This document shows positions 1 through 13,162 of a stretch of 64,000 nt of DNA, piece after piece (the stretch's first letter is position 1; the number at the start of each line of letters is the position of its first letter). Source of the stretch: an uncultured Chloroflexia bacterium (GTDB taxonomy: Bacteria > Chloroflexota > Limnocylindria > Limnocylindrales > CSP1-4); assembly GCA_963833225.1 (NCBI GenBank), contig CAWHXD010000017.1, positions 64,001 to 128,000 of the forward strand, read 5' to 3'. The position numbers and the translations under genes were made by a program. A model generated the notes under the pieces. That model saw only the letters and a list, made by a program, of their open reading frames with translations, had not been told where the DNA came from and made no database searches.

Positions 1-455
<455 letters not shown>

Positions 456-495
456 GGCCGGGTCGTCCGCGTGCTCGTCCTTGCCTGCCAAGTGG

Positions 496-777
496 TCAGC
501 CCGCCTTTCTGGACTGGGGTCCGAGCGTGGTGAGGATGGCCACGATGGCGATTGCCACCCAGGCCAGGATCGACGCCGGAATGAGCGAGAAATCGCCGAT
601 CGCGAGCATGGTGATCCCGACACGGGTGCCCACGGCGGCGCCCGCCCAGGCGCCGAGCACGGCCGCCACGAAGGTGAGCGGCAGCCGCCCTCCGGCGTCG
701 CCCCGGACCAGGACGTAGACCGCGGTATGGACGAGGCCCACCAGGACCGCGAGGGGGAGCGCGGGGCCGACGGTCAT
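496..777 (-). CDS. Small 3-TM membrane protein, hypothetical
   Basis: ATG 777 overlaps the mnmA stop (ATGA). Three hydrophobic segments in [24 protein letters not shown]...[14 protein letters not shown]. Confidence 0.75.
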   Translation of the reverse strand: MTVGPALPLAVLVGLVHTAVYVLVRGDAGGRLPLTFVAAVLGAWAGAAVGTRVGITMLAIGDFSLIPASILAWVAIAIVAILTTLGPQSRKAG

Positions 778-1949
778 GACAGCACGACCTCGCCCGCGAC
801 CACCCGGCTCCCCGAAGGAGCGCCGGGTGACGCGATCCGTCCACCGCCGAGGCAGGTCTCCCCGTCGTACAGCGCACACACCTGGCCTGGGGCAATGGCC
901 CACACGGGCGTGTCCGTGTCCACGACCCACGCCCCCATGCGGGCCGGCTCGTCCGGGCTTGCCGGGCGGACCCACGCGGGCACCAGCGGCGCGCGGTGGC
1001 GGATCCGGACCGCGGCCCGGAACGGGCGCCAGGGGCCATCCCCGTCCCGTCCAGCGGGCGGCCCGTCCGCCACGAATGACATCGAGTCCAGCGGGATGGT
1101 CCGAGTCTCCAGGTCCTCCCGCCTGCCGAGGACGATGGCATTGGTCCCCGGGTCGATGCGCGACACGAACCGCGGCTCGCCGACGGCCACACCGAGGCCC
1201 TTGCGCTGGCCGATGGTGAAACCCGGGGCGCCGTCATGCGTGCCGAGCAGCGTGCCGTCCGCGTCCAGCACCGGCCCCGGTGTCGGCAGCCACCCGCCCC
1301 GCGACCGCAGCTCGGTGCGGTAGTCACCGCCGGGCACGAAGCAGATCTCCTGGCTCTCGGGCTTCTCGGCCGTGGTGAGCCCGAGCCCGCGCGCCATGTC
1401 GCGGACCTCCGGCTTGGTCAGGTCGCCGAGGGGAAAGCGGCTGTGCCACAACTGGTCCTGGCGGAGCCCGTACAGGAAGTAGGTCTGGTCCTTCGCCTCG
1501 TCGGCTGCCCGCACAAGCACGGCGCGCGGGCCGTCCGGTGTGTCCCGGACCATCCTGCGTGCGTAGTGCCCGGTGGCGACCGCCTCGCACCCGTAGAGGT
1601 GGCGCGCGCGCCCGAGCAGGGCACCGAACTTGACCACCGTGTTGCAGTCGACGCAGGGGCTCGGTGTCCTGCCGCCGAGGTAGGCGGCCACGAACGGGTC
1701 GATCACCCCGGCCCCGAACTCGCGCTCGAGGTTCATGACGTAGAACGGGATCCCCAGGTGGGCCGCGACGCGGCGGGCGTCGTCGGCGGCGTCGGCGGAG
1801 CAGCAGCTCTTGCGGAACTCGCTGTAGCTGTCGGCGACCTCGTGCAGGCGCATCCAGACCCCGACCACCTCGTGGCCCTGGTCTACGAGCAGGGCGGCCG
1901 CCACGGAGCTGTCGACGCCCCCGCTCATGGCCACCAGGATCCGGCTCAT
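774..1949 (-). CDS. mnmA: tRNA 2-thiouridine(34) synthase MnmA
   Basis: Motifs SGGVDSS (PP-loop), PCVDCN, ATGHYAR, KDQTYFL and PESQEICF. Coupled to an upstream cysteine desulfurase. Confidence 0.97.
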   Translation of the reverse strand: MSRILVAMSGGVDSSVAAALLVDQGHEVVGVWMRLHEVADSYSEFRKSCCSADAADDARRVAAHLGIPFYVMNLEREFGAGVIDPFVAAYLGGRTPSPCVDCNTVVKFGALLGRARHLYGCEAVATGHYARRMVRDTPDGPRAVLVRAADEAKDQTYFLYGLRQDQLWHSRFPLGDLTKPEVRDMARGLGLTTAEKPESQEICFVPGGDYRTELRSRGGWLPTPGPVLDADGTLLGTHDGAPGFTIGQRKGLGVAVGEPRFVSRIDPGTNAIVLGRREDLETRTIPLDSMSFVADGPPAGRDGDGPWRPFRAAVRIRHRAPLVPAWVRPASPDEPARMGAWVVDTDTPVWAIAPGQVCALYDGETCLGGGRIASPGAPSGSRVVAGEVVLS

Positions 1950-3118
1950 CCCGTGGCCGCCTCCGCGGGCATCCGCGGTGCCGCCTCGAGCAGCCGCCGC
2001 ATGACGGCGGGGACCACCCTGGCGGCCTCCTCGATCTCGGCGACGGTCGTCGTCCGGCCAAGGGACAGGCGCACGGCGCCTCGTGCCTCCTCGTCCGGAT
2101 AGCCCATCGCCGACAGGACGTGGCTGACCTCGGCCGAGCCGCTAGTGCAGGCGGAGCCCGTGGAGCACGCGATCCCCTCGAGGTCCAGCGCGAGCGTGAC
2201 CGAGCCGCCGTCGATACCGTGGACGAGCACCGACAGGATGTGGGGCAGTCGATCGACTGGATGCCCGGTGAGCTCGACCCCGTCCACCGCCAGCAGGGCG
2301 TCGGCAAGGCGCTCCCGGAGCGCCTGCACCCGGCCGGCGGTCTCGGTCCGCTCGGCCGCGACGAGCTCGAACGCCCGGGCCATGCCCACGGCACCGGCGA
2401 GGTTCTCCGTTCCGGCTCGCCGGTGGCGCTCCTGCGACCCCCCGTGCTGCTGGGCCAGGATGTGCGTCCCCTTGCGGATCCAGAGGGCGCCGGTGCCCTT
2501 GGGACCCTCCGCCTTGTGGGCGCCGAAGGCGACGAGGTCGGCGCCCAGCGCCTCCATGTCCATCGGCCGCCACGGGGCGGCCTGGACCGCGTCCACGTGA
2601 AGCAGCACCCCGCGACGGGCGTGGACCACCTCGGCGATCTCCCCGATGGGCTGGATCGTGCCGACCTCGTTGTTCGCGAGCATCACGCTGACCACGATCG
2701 TCCTGTCCGTCAGCGCCCGCTCGATGCTCGCCGGGTCCACGCGCCCATAGCGGTCGACGGCCACCTCGACGACCTCGAAGCCGAACTTCTCCAGGTGGGC
2801 CAGGGTGTGCCCCACCGCGTGGTGCTCCACCGGCGAGGTGACGATGCGGGCACCGCGGGTACGCCCGGCCCAGGCCGCCCCCTTGAGCGCGAGGTTGCTC
2901 GCCTCGGTCCCGCCGCTCGTGAACACCACCTCCCGCGCGTCAGCCCCGATCGCCCCCGCGAACCGCTCGTGCGCGCCGTCGAGGGCCTCGCGGGCGGCCC
3001 GGCCCCAGGCGTGCGTGGACGACGGGTTGCCGAAGGTCGTGCCCAGGAACGGCAGCATCGCCTCGAGGACCTCGGGGCGGAGCGGCGTGGTCGCGGCATG
3101 GTCGAGGTAGATCGGCAT
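1946..3118 (-). CDS. iscS: Cysteine desulfurase (IscS/NifS group I, YrvO-like partner of MnmA)
   Basis: [30 protein letters not shown] lysine in AHKAEGPKG, and catalytic Cys in GSACTS. Confidence 0.93.
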   Translation of the reverse strand: MPIYLDHAATTPLRPEVLEAMLPFLGTTFGNPSSTHAWGRAAREALDGAHERFAGAIGADAREVVFTSGGTEASNLALKGAAWAGRTRGARIVTSPVEHHAVGHTLAHLEKFGFEVVEVAVDRYGRVDPASIERALTDRTIVVSVMLANNEVGTIQPIGEIAEVVHARRGVLLHVDAVQAAPWRPMDMEALGADLVAFGAHKAEGPKGTGALWIRKGTHILAQQHGGSQERHRRAGTENLAGAVGMARAFELVAAERTETAGRVQALRERLADALLAVDGVELTGHPVDRLPHILSVLVHGIDGGSVTLALDLEGIACSTGSACTSGSAEVSHVLSAMGYPDEEARGAVRLSLGRTTTVAEIEEAARVVPAVMRRLLEAAPRMPAEAATG

Positions 3119-3175
3119 GGTCGAGGGATTGTACGTCCGCGCCGCGCGGACCCCCGGCCCGAGGGTCGACGGAGG

Positions 3176-5101
3176 TCAGGCGCGCTCGGCCCGAACCAGG
3201 TCGTGGGCGCGGCCCCGCTCGCGGTCGCGCTCGTGCCTGGCCAGCAGGCGCTTGCGCAGCCGGATCGCCGACGGCGTGACCTCGACCAGCTCGTCCGCCC
3301 CGATGAACTCGATCGCGCTCTCGAGGGTGAGCGGACGGGGCGGCGTGAGCCGGAGCGCCTCGTCGTGGGCGTGCGTCCGGATGTTGGTGAGCTTCTTCTC
3401 CTTGGTCGCGTTGACGTCCATGTCACCCGAGCGCGCGTTCTCGCCCACGATCATGCCCTCGTAGACGTCCACGCCAGCCCCGATGAACAGCTCCGACCGA
3501 TCCTGGAGGTTGAACAGCGCGTAGGCGTTCGACGTCCCCGCCCGGTCGGCGATGAGCACCCCGTTGGTCCGGTGGGTCACCTCCCCGGCCCACGGCCCGT
3601 AGCCCTCGCCGATCTGGTGGAGCAGGGCCGTGCCGCGGGTGTCGGTCAGCAGCTGGCCGCGGTAGCCGATGAGACCGCGAACCGGGAGCACGAACTCCAT
3701 CCGCACCCGGCCGTCGGCATCGGTCGTCATCTGCTCCAGGCGGCCCTTGCGCCCGGCCAGCGCGTGCTGCACCTCGCCGATGTAGTCGGGCGGGATGTCG
3801 ATGGTGATCCGCTCGTAGGGCTCCTGGACCTGGCCGCCAACCTCGTGGAGGATGACCTCCGGGCGGCTGACGGTGAGCTCGTAGCTCTCGCGCCGCATCT
3901 GCTCGATGAGCACGGCCAGCTGGAGCTCGCCCCGCCCCCGGACCTCGAAGGTGTCGCCGGACTCGGTCGGGTGGACCTCGATGGACACGTTGCCCAGGAT
4001 CTCGCGATCCAGGCGGGCCTTGATCTGGCGCGACGTCACGTACCTGCCGTCCCGGCCGCCAAGCGGCGACGTGTTGACCCCGAACGTCATGCTCAGGGTC
4101 GGCTCGTCCACGTCCAGGCGCGGCAGTGGCCGGGGATCACCCGGTTCCGTAATCGTGTCGCCGATGGTCACCTCGGGCAGGCCGGCCACGGAGACGATCT
4201 CGCCCGGGCCTGCCTCGGCGATCTCCACCCGCTCCATCCCGCGGGCCGTCTGGAGGCTGCTCACGGTGCCGCTGATGGTCACCGTGCGGCCGGGCTCCAC
4301 GCCGCCCGCCGTATCGTCCGGCTCGTCGCGGACCACCGCGATCCGCTGGCCAACCCGGATCGTCCCGTTGCGGATGCGGCCGACGGCCATCCGTCCGACG
4401 TATTCGTTGGCGCTCAGGTTGGTGACCATCAGCTGGAGCGGATGGCCCTCGTCGAACACGGGCGCCGGGGTCACCTCGATGAGGAGGTCGAGCAGCGGGC
4501 GCAGGTCCGTGCCCGGGACGGCGAGGTCGCGGGTCGCGGTCCCCAGCCTGGCGTTGGTATAGACCACCGGGAACTCGATCTGTTCCTCGTCGGCGCCCAG
4601 ATCCATGAACAGCTCGTACACGGCATCGAGCACCTCGGCCGCGCGGGCGTCCGAGCGGTCGATCTTGTTGAGCGCGACGACCACGGGCAGCCGGCGCGCC
4701 ATCGCCTTCTGGAGCACATATCGCGTCTGCGGCAGGGGCCCTTCGGCGGCGTCAACGAGCAGCAGCACGGAGTCCACCATGAGCAGGCTGCGCTCCACCT
4801 CGCCGCCAAAGTCCGCGTGGCCGGGTGTGTCGACGATGTTGAGCCGGACTCCGCCGACCTCGATCATCGTCTGCTTGGCGAGGATCGTGATCCCCTTCTC
4901 GCGCTCGAGGTCCCCGGAGTCCATCACCCGGTCCACCAGGGCCTGGTTCTCGCGGAACACGCCGGTCTGGCGAAGCATGGCATCGACGAGGGTGGTCTTG
5001 CCGTGGTCGACATGGGCGACGATCGCCACGTTGCGAAGGTCGCCGCGGACGGCGGGCGTGGTGGCGCTGGCGGGCACGACGGGGCCGGGAGTGCTGTTCA
5101 T
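3176..5101 (-). CDS. typA: Translational GTPase TypA/BipA
   Basis: AHVDHGKTT, EREKGITI, DTPGHADF, NKID, GRGELQL and the C-terminal KKLTNIR...DELVEVTP motif. The start could be 5101 or 5122. Confidence 0.97.
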   Translation of the reverse strand: MNSTPGPVVPASATTPAVRGDLRNVAIVAHVDHGKTTLVDAMLRQTGVFRENQALVDRVMDSGDLEREKGITILAKQTMIEVGGVRLNIVDTPGHADFGGEVERSLLMVDSVLLLVDAAEGPLPQTRYVLQKAMARRLPVVVALNKIDRSDARAAEVLDAVYELFMDLGADEEQIEFPVVYTNARLGTATRDLAVPGTDLRPLLDLLIEVTPAPVFDEGHPLQLMVTNLSANEYVGRMAVGRIRNGTIRVGQRIAVVRDEPDDTAGGVEPGRTVTISGTVSSLQTARGMERVEIAEAGPGEIVSVAGLPEVTIGDTITEPGDPRPLPRLDVDEPTLSMTFGVNTSPLGGRDGRYVTSRQIKARLDREILGNVSIEVHPTESGDTFEVRGRGELQLAVLIEQMRRESYELTVSRPEVILHEVGGQVQEPYERITIDIPPDYIGEVQHALAGRKGRLEQMTTDADGRVRMEFVLPVRGLIGYRGQLLTDTRGTALLHQIGEGYGPWAGEVTHRTNGVLIADRAGTSNAYALFNLQDRSELFIGAGVDVYEGMIVGENARSGDMDVNATKEKKLTNIRTHAHDEALRLTPPRPLTLESAIEFIGADELVEVTPSAIRLRKRLLARHERDRERGRAHDLVRAERA

Positions 5102-5212
5102 GGGCGGGCGGAAGTGTCGCACATGCGGGCCATTCGGGCATCGGGCCGGGTCTCCCCGGGCCCGCTGCGCGCCCGGCGGCTACACTCCGGCCGAGCTATC
5201 AAGGAGCCGCCC

Positions 5213-5896
5213 ATGACCGTCGCCGCCGTGATCCTCGCCGCGACCCCGACCTCCGCGCTCGCGGACGCCGACGGCACGCCGGCCGCCCGCCGCCTCGCGG
5301 ACACGGCGTGGGCGGGGGGGGCCACCCCCGTGGTCGTGTGCACGTTCGATCCCGAGGGTGCGGTTGCCGCGGCCCTCGCCAACGCCGAGGTGACACTGGC
5401 GGACCCCGTCGATCCATCCCTGGGCCCGGTCGGCCAGATCGTCAACGGCGTCGAGGCGGCCGTGCGCCTGGTCTCGGAGACCGAGGCTGCGCTCGTGTGG
5501 CCCGCGCGGCTGGCCTGGGTGGACGCGGAGACGGTCACCACGCTGATCGCGGCCCACGGGGAGGATCGCAACGCGGTGGTGCGGCCCGCCTACGACGGGG
5601 AGGCGGGCTTCCCCGTGCTGCTGCCCGTCACCCATCTCGACGGGCTCCGCGCCCTCGCCTCCGACCGCATGCCCGGGGAGCTGTTCGAGGACCTCGAGGC
5701 TGCGGGGGTCCCGGTCCGGGTCATCGAGACGGGGGATCCCGGTGTGACCCACGACGTGTCGGTCCCGGCAGCCGAGCTGCCCCCCTACGATGGCCCGCCC
5801 GAGCCCGCCGCGACACCCGAGTGGGGCGCCGGCGTGGCCGACCAGGCAGACGATGCGCCCGTGACGGGGCCTGCTCGCCTGGGACTCGACGCGTGA
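5213..5896 (+). CDS. MobA/MocA-like NTP-transferase family protein (apparently degenerate)
   Basis: SD aaggag at 5201 precedes ATG 5213. AAVILAA N-terminal strand, VRPAYDGEAGFPVLLP (cf. P.Y.G..GHPV) and DPGVTHDV (cf. D.G...DIDT). Confidence 0.7.
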   Translation: MTVAAVILAATPTSALADADGTPAARRLADTAWAGGATPVVVCTFDPEGAVAAALANAEVTLADPVDPSLGPVGQIVNGVEAAVRLVSETEAALVWPARLAWVDAETVTTLIAAHGEDRNAVVRPAYDGEAGFPVLLPVTHLDGLRALASDRMPGELFEDLEAAGVPVRVIETGDPGVTHDVSVPAAELPPYDGPPEPAATPEWGAGVADQADDAPVTGPARLGLDA

Positions 5897-6633
5897 GCCG
5901 CGCCCCCAGGGCCCTGGGGGCGGCGCTGCTGCTGGTGGTGATCATCGCGGTTGCCGGCTGGTTCTGGTACACGCAGCCACAGCCACTGCTGCCCGAGGCG
6001 ACCGCGTCACTGGTATCCACGTCCGAGGTGACCTTCGCCGAGAGCGACGGGCGGCTGGAATGGTCGCCAGCCGACAACGACTACTCGACGGCGCTCGTGA
6101 TCTATCCCGGCGGCAAGGTCCCGGCCGCGGCCTACGGGCCCGAGGCGCAGGCGATCGCGGGCGAGGGGTACCTGGTGATCATCACCCCGATGCCGTTCAA
6201 TCTCGCCGTGTTCGGGATCGGGGCCGCGGACGCGGCCATCACCGCGCACCCGGAGGTGACGACCTGGGCGCTGGCCGGGCACTCGCTGGGCGGCTCGATG
6301 GCCGCTCAGTACGCCTCCGATCACGCAGCGCAGGTCGCGGGCCTCGCCTTCTGGGCGTCCTACCCGGCCACGGACCTGTCGGGCACAAGCATCGACGTCG
6401 TGTCGATCTACGGCACGCTCGACGCCGGTGCTGCCCGCATGTCGGGGACCGAGGCACGGGATCAGCTGCCGGCGGACGCGGTGTTCGTCGCGATCGAGGG
6501 CGGCAACCACGAGCAGATGGGCTGGTACACGGGGCAGCCGAATGATCCTCCGGCCGGGATCTCGCGCGCGGACCAGCAGGCCCAGGTGGTGGCCGTCACC
6601 GTGGGGATGCTCGCGGGTGTGGCTGGACCCTAG
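5893..6633 (+). CDS. Membrane-anchored alpha/beta hydrolase (Abhydrolase_5-like)
   Basis: GTG overlaps the upstream TGA. N-terminal TM, YPGGKV, nucleophile elbow GHSLGG, GTLD and IEGGNH...G.Y..Q..D. Confidence 0.85.
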   Translation: MSRAPRALGAALLLVVIIAVAGWFWYTQPQPLLPEATASLVSTSEVTFAESDGRLEWSPADNDYSTALVIYPGGKVPAAAYGPEAQAIAGEGYLVIITPMPFNLAVFGIGAADAAITAHPEVTTWALAGHSLGGSMAAQYASDHAAQVAGLAFWASYPATDLSGTSIDVVSIYGTLDAGAARMSGTEARDQLPADAVFVAIEGGNHEQMGWYTGQPNDPPAGISRADQQAQVVAVTVGMLAGVAGP

Positions 6634-6651
6634 GGTTTCGCGGGCCCCGGG

Positions 6652-9033
<2,382 letters not shown>

Positions 9034-9115
9034 CGTGTCTCCAGTGTCGGGCGCGACCGTCGCACGAGGGGTCCGGCGTGGCCGGCTCGGAGGAACGGCC
9101 GCGCTGGAGCCGAGG

Positions 9116-10984
9116 TCACCGCTTCTCGGGGCTCCCCACGAAGCGCAGGCCAAGCTCCTGGAGCTGCTCCTCGTCCGGCACCGACGGGGCCTCGAGCATC
9201 AGGTCCGAGCCGGACTGGGTCTTGGGGAACGCCATGACCTCGCGGATGTTGGTCTGGTAGCTGAGGAGCGCCGCCCAGCGGTCCACGCCGAGCGCGATGC
9301 CGCCGTGCGGTGGAGCCCCGTACTCGAAGGCGTCGAGCATGGCGCCGAAGCGCTCCTTCATCTGGGCAAGCGTATAGCCCTGCAGGTTGAAGCTGCGGGC
9401 GAGGAGACCCGGCTTCCAGATCCGCACCGAGCCACCGCCCAGCTCCCAGCCGTTGAGCGCGAGGTCGTACTGCATCGCCCGGGCCCGGCCCGCGGGATCC
9501 TCGGGTGAGCGGACGTCAAGATCGCCCGAGACCGTGGTCAGCAACGGCTCGTCCTCGGGAACGACACCGCTGAACGGGTTGTGGGTCGCGTCCCAGCGGC
9601 CGAACGGCTCGTCCCACTGGTACATCGGGAAGTGGTTGATCCAGCAGTAGGCAAGCTCGTCCGGATCGGCGAGCGCGAGGCGCCCGCCAAGCTCCACGCG
9701 CAGGCGTCCCAGGACGTCGTTGACCGTCTCACCCCGGTCGGCGACGACCAGGACCAGGTCGCCATCGGCCGCGCCGGCGGCCGCCCTCACGGCGGCCCGT
9801 GTCGTGGCGGACAGGAACTTGGCGATCGGCCCGTGCAGCTCGCCGCCCGCCTGGACCGCGAGATGGACCAGGCCCTTCGCGCCAAGCCGCTTGGCCAGCT
9901 CGGCCAGCTCGTCGATCTCGCGCCGCGTCGCCCCGCCCATGCCGGGCACGGTGATCCCCTTCACGCGACCGCCCGCGATCAGCGTCTCGTCGAACACCCG
10001 GAACCCGGACGCACCCGCACCGTCCGCGCCGGTGAGAGCCGGGGCCAGGTCGAACAGCTCCATCGCGAACCGCAGGTCCGGCTTGTCCGAGCCGAACCGT
10101 TCCATCGCGTCCTCGTACTCGAACACCGGGAACGGGACCTGGCGGATCTTCCGCCCGGGAACCGTCGCCGTGGTGACCTCGATCGCCATCCGCTCGATGA
10201 AGGCCATCAGCGTCGCCTCGTCCACGAAGCTCATCTCGAGGTCGAGCTGCGTGAACTCGGGCTGGCGGTCGCCGCGCAGGTCCTCGTCGCGGAAGCAGCG
10301 CGCGATCTGGAAGTAGCGGTCGATGCCCCCGACCATGAGCAGCTGCTTGAGCTGCTGCGGGCTCTGCGGCAGGGCGTAGACGGTGCCCGGCTGGAGCCGG
10401 CTCGGGACGATGAAGTCCCGCGCGCCCTCGGGGGTGCTCTTGATCAGGTTGGGGGTCTCGACCTCCACGAACCCGGCCGCGTGGTGGACCTCGCGGATCG
10501 CCTGCACGAGACGGCTGCGCAGGAGCAGGCGCTGCTGCATCGCCTCGCGCCGGATGTCCAGGTAGCGGTACTTGAGCCGCAGCGTCTCGTCGATCGGGGC
10601 GTCGGGGTCGTTGACGTAGAACGGCGGCGTCTTCGACTCGTTGAGGATGGTGACCCGGCGGGCCTGGAGCTCGATCGCGCCCGTCGCGAGCCTGGCGTTC
10701 TCCTGGCCCGCCTCCCGCAACGCGACGATGCCCTCCACCACGACCACGAACTCGGTGCGGACGCGGGAGGCCTCCTCGTGCGCAGCCGGAGCGTCGGCCG
10801 CATCGACCACGACCTGCGTGATGCCGTAGCGATCACGAAGGTCGATGAAGATCAGCTTGCCGTAGTCACGGCGGCGGTGGACCCAGCCGGCGAGCGTCGC
10901 GTTCGAGCCCGCGTCGTCCGCGCGAAGGTCCCCACTCGTGTGGGTGCGATACGACGTGGCGAGGCTGAACGGTTCGGCGGGCAC
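9116..10984 (-). CDS. aspS: Aspartate--tRNA ligase (probably non-discriminating)
   Basis: YRTH, GWVHRRRD, FIDLRD, PEGARDF, LPQSPQ, FRDEDLRGDRQPEFTQLD, GAD insertion and PPHGGIALGVDR. Confidence 0.97.
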   Translation of the reverse strand: MPAEPFSLATSYRTHTSGDLRADDAGSNATLAGWVHRRRDYGKLIFIDLRDRYGITQVVVDAADAPAAHEEASRVRTEFVVVVEGIVALREAGQENARLATGAIELQARRVTILNESKTPPFYVNDPDAPIDETLRLKYRYLDIRREAMQQRLLLRSRLVQAIREVHHAAGFVEVETPNLIKSTPEGARDFIVPSRLQPGTVYALPQSPQQLKQLLMVGGIDRYFQIARCFRDEDLRGDRQPEFTQLDLEMSFVDEATLMAFIERMAIEVTTATVPGRKIRQVPFPVFEYEDAMERFGSDKPDLRFAMELFDLAPALTGADGAGASGFRVFDETLIAGGRVKGITVPGMGGATRREIDELAELAKRLGAKGLVHLAVQAGGELHGPIAKFLSATTRAAVRAAAGAADGDLVLVVADRGETVNDVLGRLRVELGGRLALADPDELAYCWINHFPMYQWDEPFGRWDATHNPFSGVVPEDEPLLTTVSGDLDVRSPEDPAGRARAMQYDLALNGWELGGGSVRIWKPGLLARSFNLQGYTLAQMKERFGAMLDAFEYGAPPHGGIALGVDRWAALLSYQTNIREVMAFPKTQSGSDLMLEAPSVPDEEQLQELGLRFVGSPEKR

Positions 10985-11035
10985 GGACGGGCGCTCCGGT
11001 GACGGGTTGAAGGGTGCCCATCGTACGTCACCGCC

Positions 11036-13141
11036 TCATCGGGCGGCCGCGGGCGTCCGGAGATCCATCTCCTCGAGCCAGCGCAGGAGGAGATGGTGCA
11101 CGGCCGGCGCACCGACCAGCCGCTCCGCCGGCGGCGGCAGCTCGGATGGATGGAGCACGAAGGCCTCGGTCTGGGCTCCGCCCAGGCCGCCGTGCGAGCC
11201 GACCAGCTCCTCGAACGCCGCGACCTCGCCGGTCTCGGCGTCGAGCATCGACACGACGACGAGGTCGCCCACGCAGTCGAACCCGTCGAGGCGGCGCAGT
11301 GACGGCTCCGCGAGCGGACCGAACCGCCCGAGCGGGTCCTCTCCCTCAACCCGCCCGGTCGCCAGGTGGCGCAGCCCGCCGCCGCCCAGGACCACCGGTC
11401 CGTCCGCCTCGGAGCGAACCATCACGAGGCCCACGCCCGGGTGCGACGCGAGGGCCTCCACCAGCCCGCGATGACGGTCCTCGAGCTCCTCCCACGTCAT
11501 CCGCCCGGGCGTCTCGGTGACGTAGATGTTGGCCAGGTTCCCGGACGCCGCGACGACCACGTCGTGCTCGCCGGCCCGGCCGGTGGCCTCGACCTCGCGG
11601 GCCTCGGTCTCGCCCGTCGTGTGCATCCGGCGACGGGCCAGCCTCGCCCCCCGCCCCTCCCCGCCGGCCAGCTGCGTGAGCACCGTGTTGAGGTAGCCCC
11701 AGCCCTCCACGTCGGACGTCGCGGCGAGCATCGCCGGCTCCCCGGCCATCAGGCGCCGGACCAGCTCGTCGAGGGTGGTCCCGTAGCGCTGGAGGAAGGT
11801 CGCCCCCTGGCTCTGCCCGTGGTCGGACAGGACCACGATCCGGTAGGGGCGAGGTGTCGCGGCCGCCGCCCGTTCCAGGAGGCCGATCTGCCGGTCGGCC
11901 TCGGCGATCTCGTTGAGCGCCTCGGAACGCTCAGGCCCGGCGTGATGGGCGACCTCGTCGTAGCCCACGAGGTCGACGTAGATGACCGGTACGCCACGGT
12001 GCATGTCCTCGAGCACCAGGCCGATCGACAGGTCCCGGAGCACGATGCAGGCGGCCGCCCGCAGCAGCGGGAACGGCCACCGGCGGGACGTCCGCGGCTC
12101 GAGCCCGCGAAGCCGCTGGGCGCGGGCTTCGAGCAGCTCGCGGGCAACCTCCATGGTGACCAGGACCAGCGTCCTGAACACCGTTGACGGGTCGGCGAAG
12201 AATCCGAAGAAGTCGCGACTCCTGATGCCCTGCCGGCCCAGCAGTGTCGAGGTGGTGAGCACGCTTCGCGTCGCATCCCCGGACAGCAGGTTTGCGACCG
12301 ACGATCCACCGTGGGCGAGGAGTCCGCTCCCCGTGGACACGCGCCGCTCGATCTCGGCCGCATCGGCGGGGCGGTTGGAGACGAGCAGTCGCCCGGTCGG
12401 CTTCTCGAACCATCGGAACGCCGGGATGTTGCCGTTGTCGCCGTGGAGGATGCCCGCCTGGGAAGCGGACGTCTGCGAGGGCAGCAGGACCGACCAGGGC
12501 GTGACCCGGTGGGAGCCCGACCGCACCCAGCGGGCCATGTGCGGAGCGTTGCCGGTCCGGATCGCAAACCGCAGCAGTGGCTCCGCGAGGCCGTCAACCT
12601 GGACGATGACCAGCCCGGGTGGCATCGATCCCGGCTCGGCGGGCCCCTTGCGAACCAGCTCCAGCACCACGGAGCGGTACCACGAGTCCGCCCAGTCCAA
12701 GTCCAGCACGAACCCCAGGACGAGGTTCACTACCGCGAGGTACAGCGAGAGCACGAACGCCCACAGGAAGGAGCCGACCTCGAACCCGGGCAGCAGCTGC
12801 GCGACCAGCCCGATCATCAGCCCGTTGATGAGCAGCGACAGCAGTCCGAACGTGAGGACCGCGTAGCGGACCAGGAACCGGATGACGATGGGCCGGACGA
12901 GCGCGTTCGCGGCGCTGATCCCCACGACCGCCACGACGAGGCTCGGCGGGTCGTGGAACTGGACCGGCTCGAAGATCCAGGCGACGGCGGCCAGCGCGAG
13001 GCCGTCCGCCAGCCAGGTCAGGAGGACGTAGCGGACTAGCCGGGAGCGGTCCTGCCGCCACTCGCCGGCGACACGCAGGTTGGCCCGCCAGAAGGCGGCG
13101 AGGTCACGGAGCCACTGTCGGGCGAGGGCCAGGACCCGCAT
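11036..13141 (-). CDS. 4-TM phage-holin-family domain fused to an alkaline-phosphatase/phosphodiesterase superfamily domain
   Basis: N-terminal ANALVRP...LTFGLLSLLING (holin_4_2/YvlD-like). C-terminal QVDG, PSQT, YDEVAHH, SDHG and SHGG metal/nucleophile motifs. Confidence 0.85.
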   Translation of the reverse strand: MRVLALARQWLRDLAAFWRANLRVAGEWRQDRSRLVRYVLLTWLADGLALAAVAWIFEPVQFHDPPSLVVAVVGISAANALVRPIVIRFLVRYAVLTFGLLSLLINGLMIGLVAQLLPGFEVGSFLWAFVLSLYLAVVNLVLGFVLDLDWADSWYRSVVLELVRKGPAEPGSMPPGLVIVQVDGLAEPLLRFAIRTGNAPHMARWVRSGSHRVTPWSVLLPSQTSASQAGILHGDNGNIPAFRWFEKPTGRLLVSNRPADAAEIERRVSTGSGLLAHGGSSVANLLSGDATRSVLTTSTLLGRQGIRSRDFFGFFADPSTVFRTLVLVTMEVARELLEARAQRLRGLEPRTSRRWPFPLLRAAACIVLRDLSIGLVLEDMHRGVPVIYVDLVGYDEVAHHAGPERSEALNEIAEADRQIGLLERAAAATPRPYRIVVLSDHGQSQGATFLQRYGTTLDELVRRLMAGEPAMLAATSDVEGWGYLNTVLTQLAGGEGRGARLARRRMHTTGETEAREVEATGRAGEHDVVVAASGNLANIYVTETPGRMTWEELEDRHRGLVEALASHPGVGLVMVRSEADGPVVLGGGGLRHLATGRVEGEDPLGRFGPLAEPSLRRLDGFDCVGDLVVVSMLDAETGEVAAFEELVGSHGGLGGAQTEAFVLHPSELPPPAERLVGAPAVHHLLLRWLEEMDLRTPAAAR

Positions 13142-13162
13142 CGCACGCCCTCCCCCACCCGG

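Noticed and set aside
2120-5896. 1258-aa plus-strand ORF and other long antisense ORFs (e.g. 16949..19513, 26670..29492, 45808..47679, 52712..55429)
   Set aside because: Shadow frames of real genes in very GC-rich DNA, with no motifs. Only the last 227 codons of 2120..5896 (from ATG 5213, with SD) are a real gene.
11036-13141. Prophage lysis module suggested by the holin-like domain
   Set aside because: No endolysin, structural or replication phage genes nearby; the gene sits between hisS and aspS.
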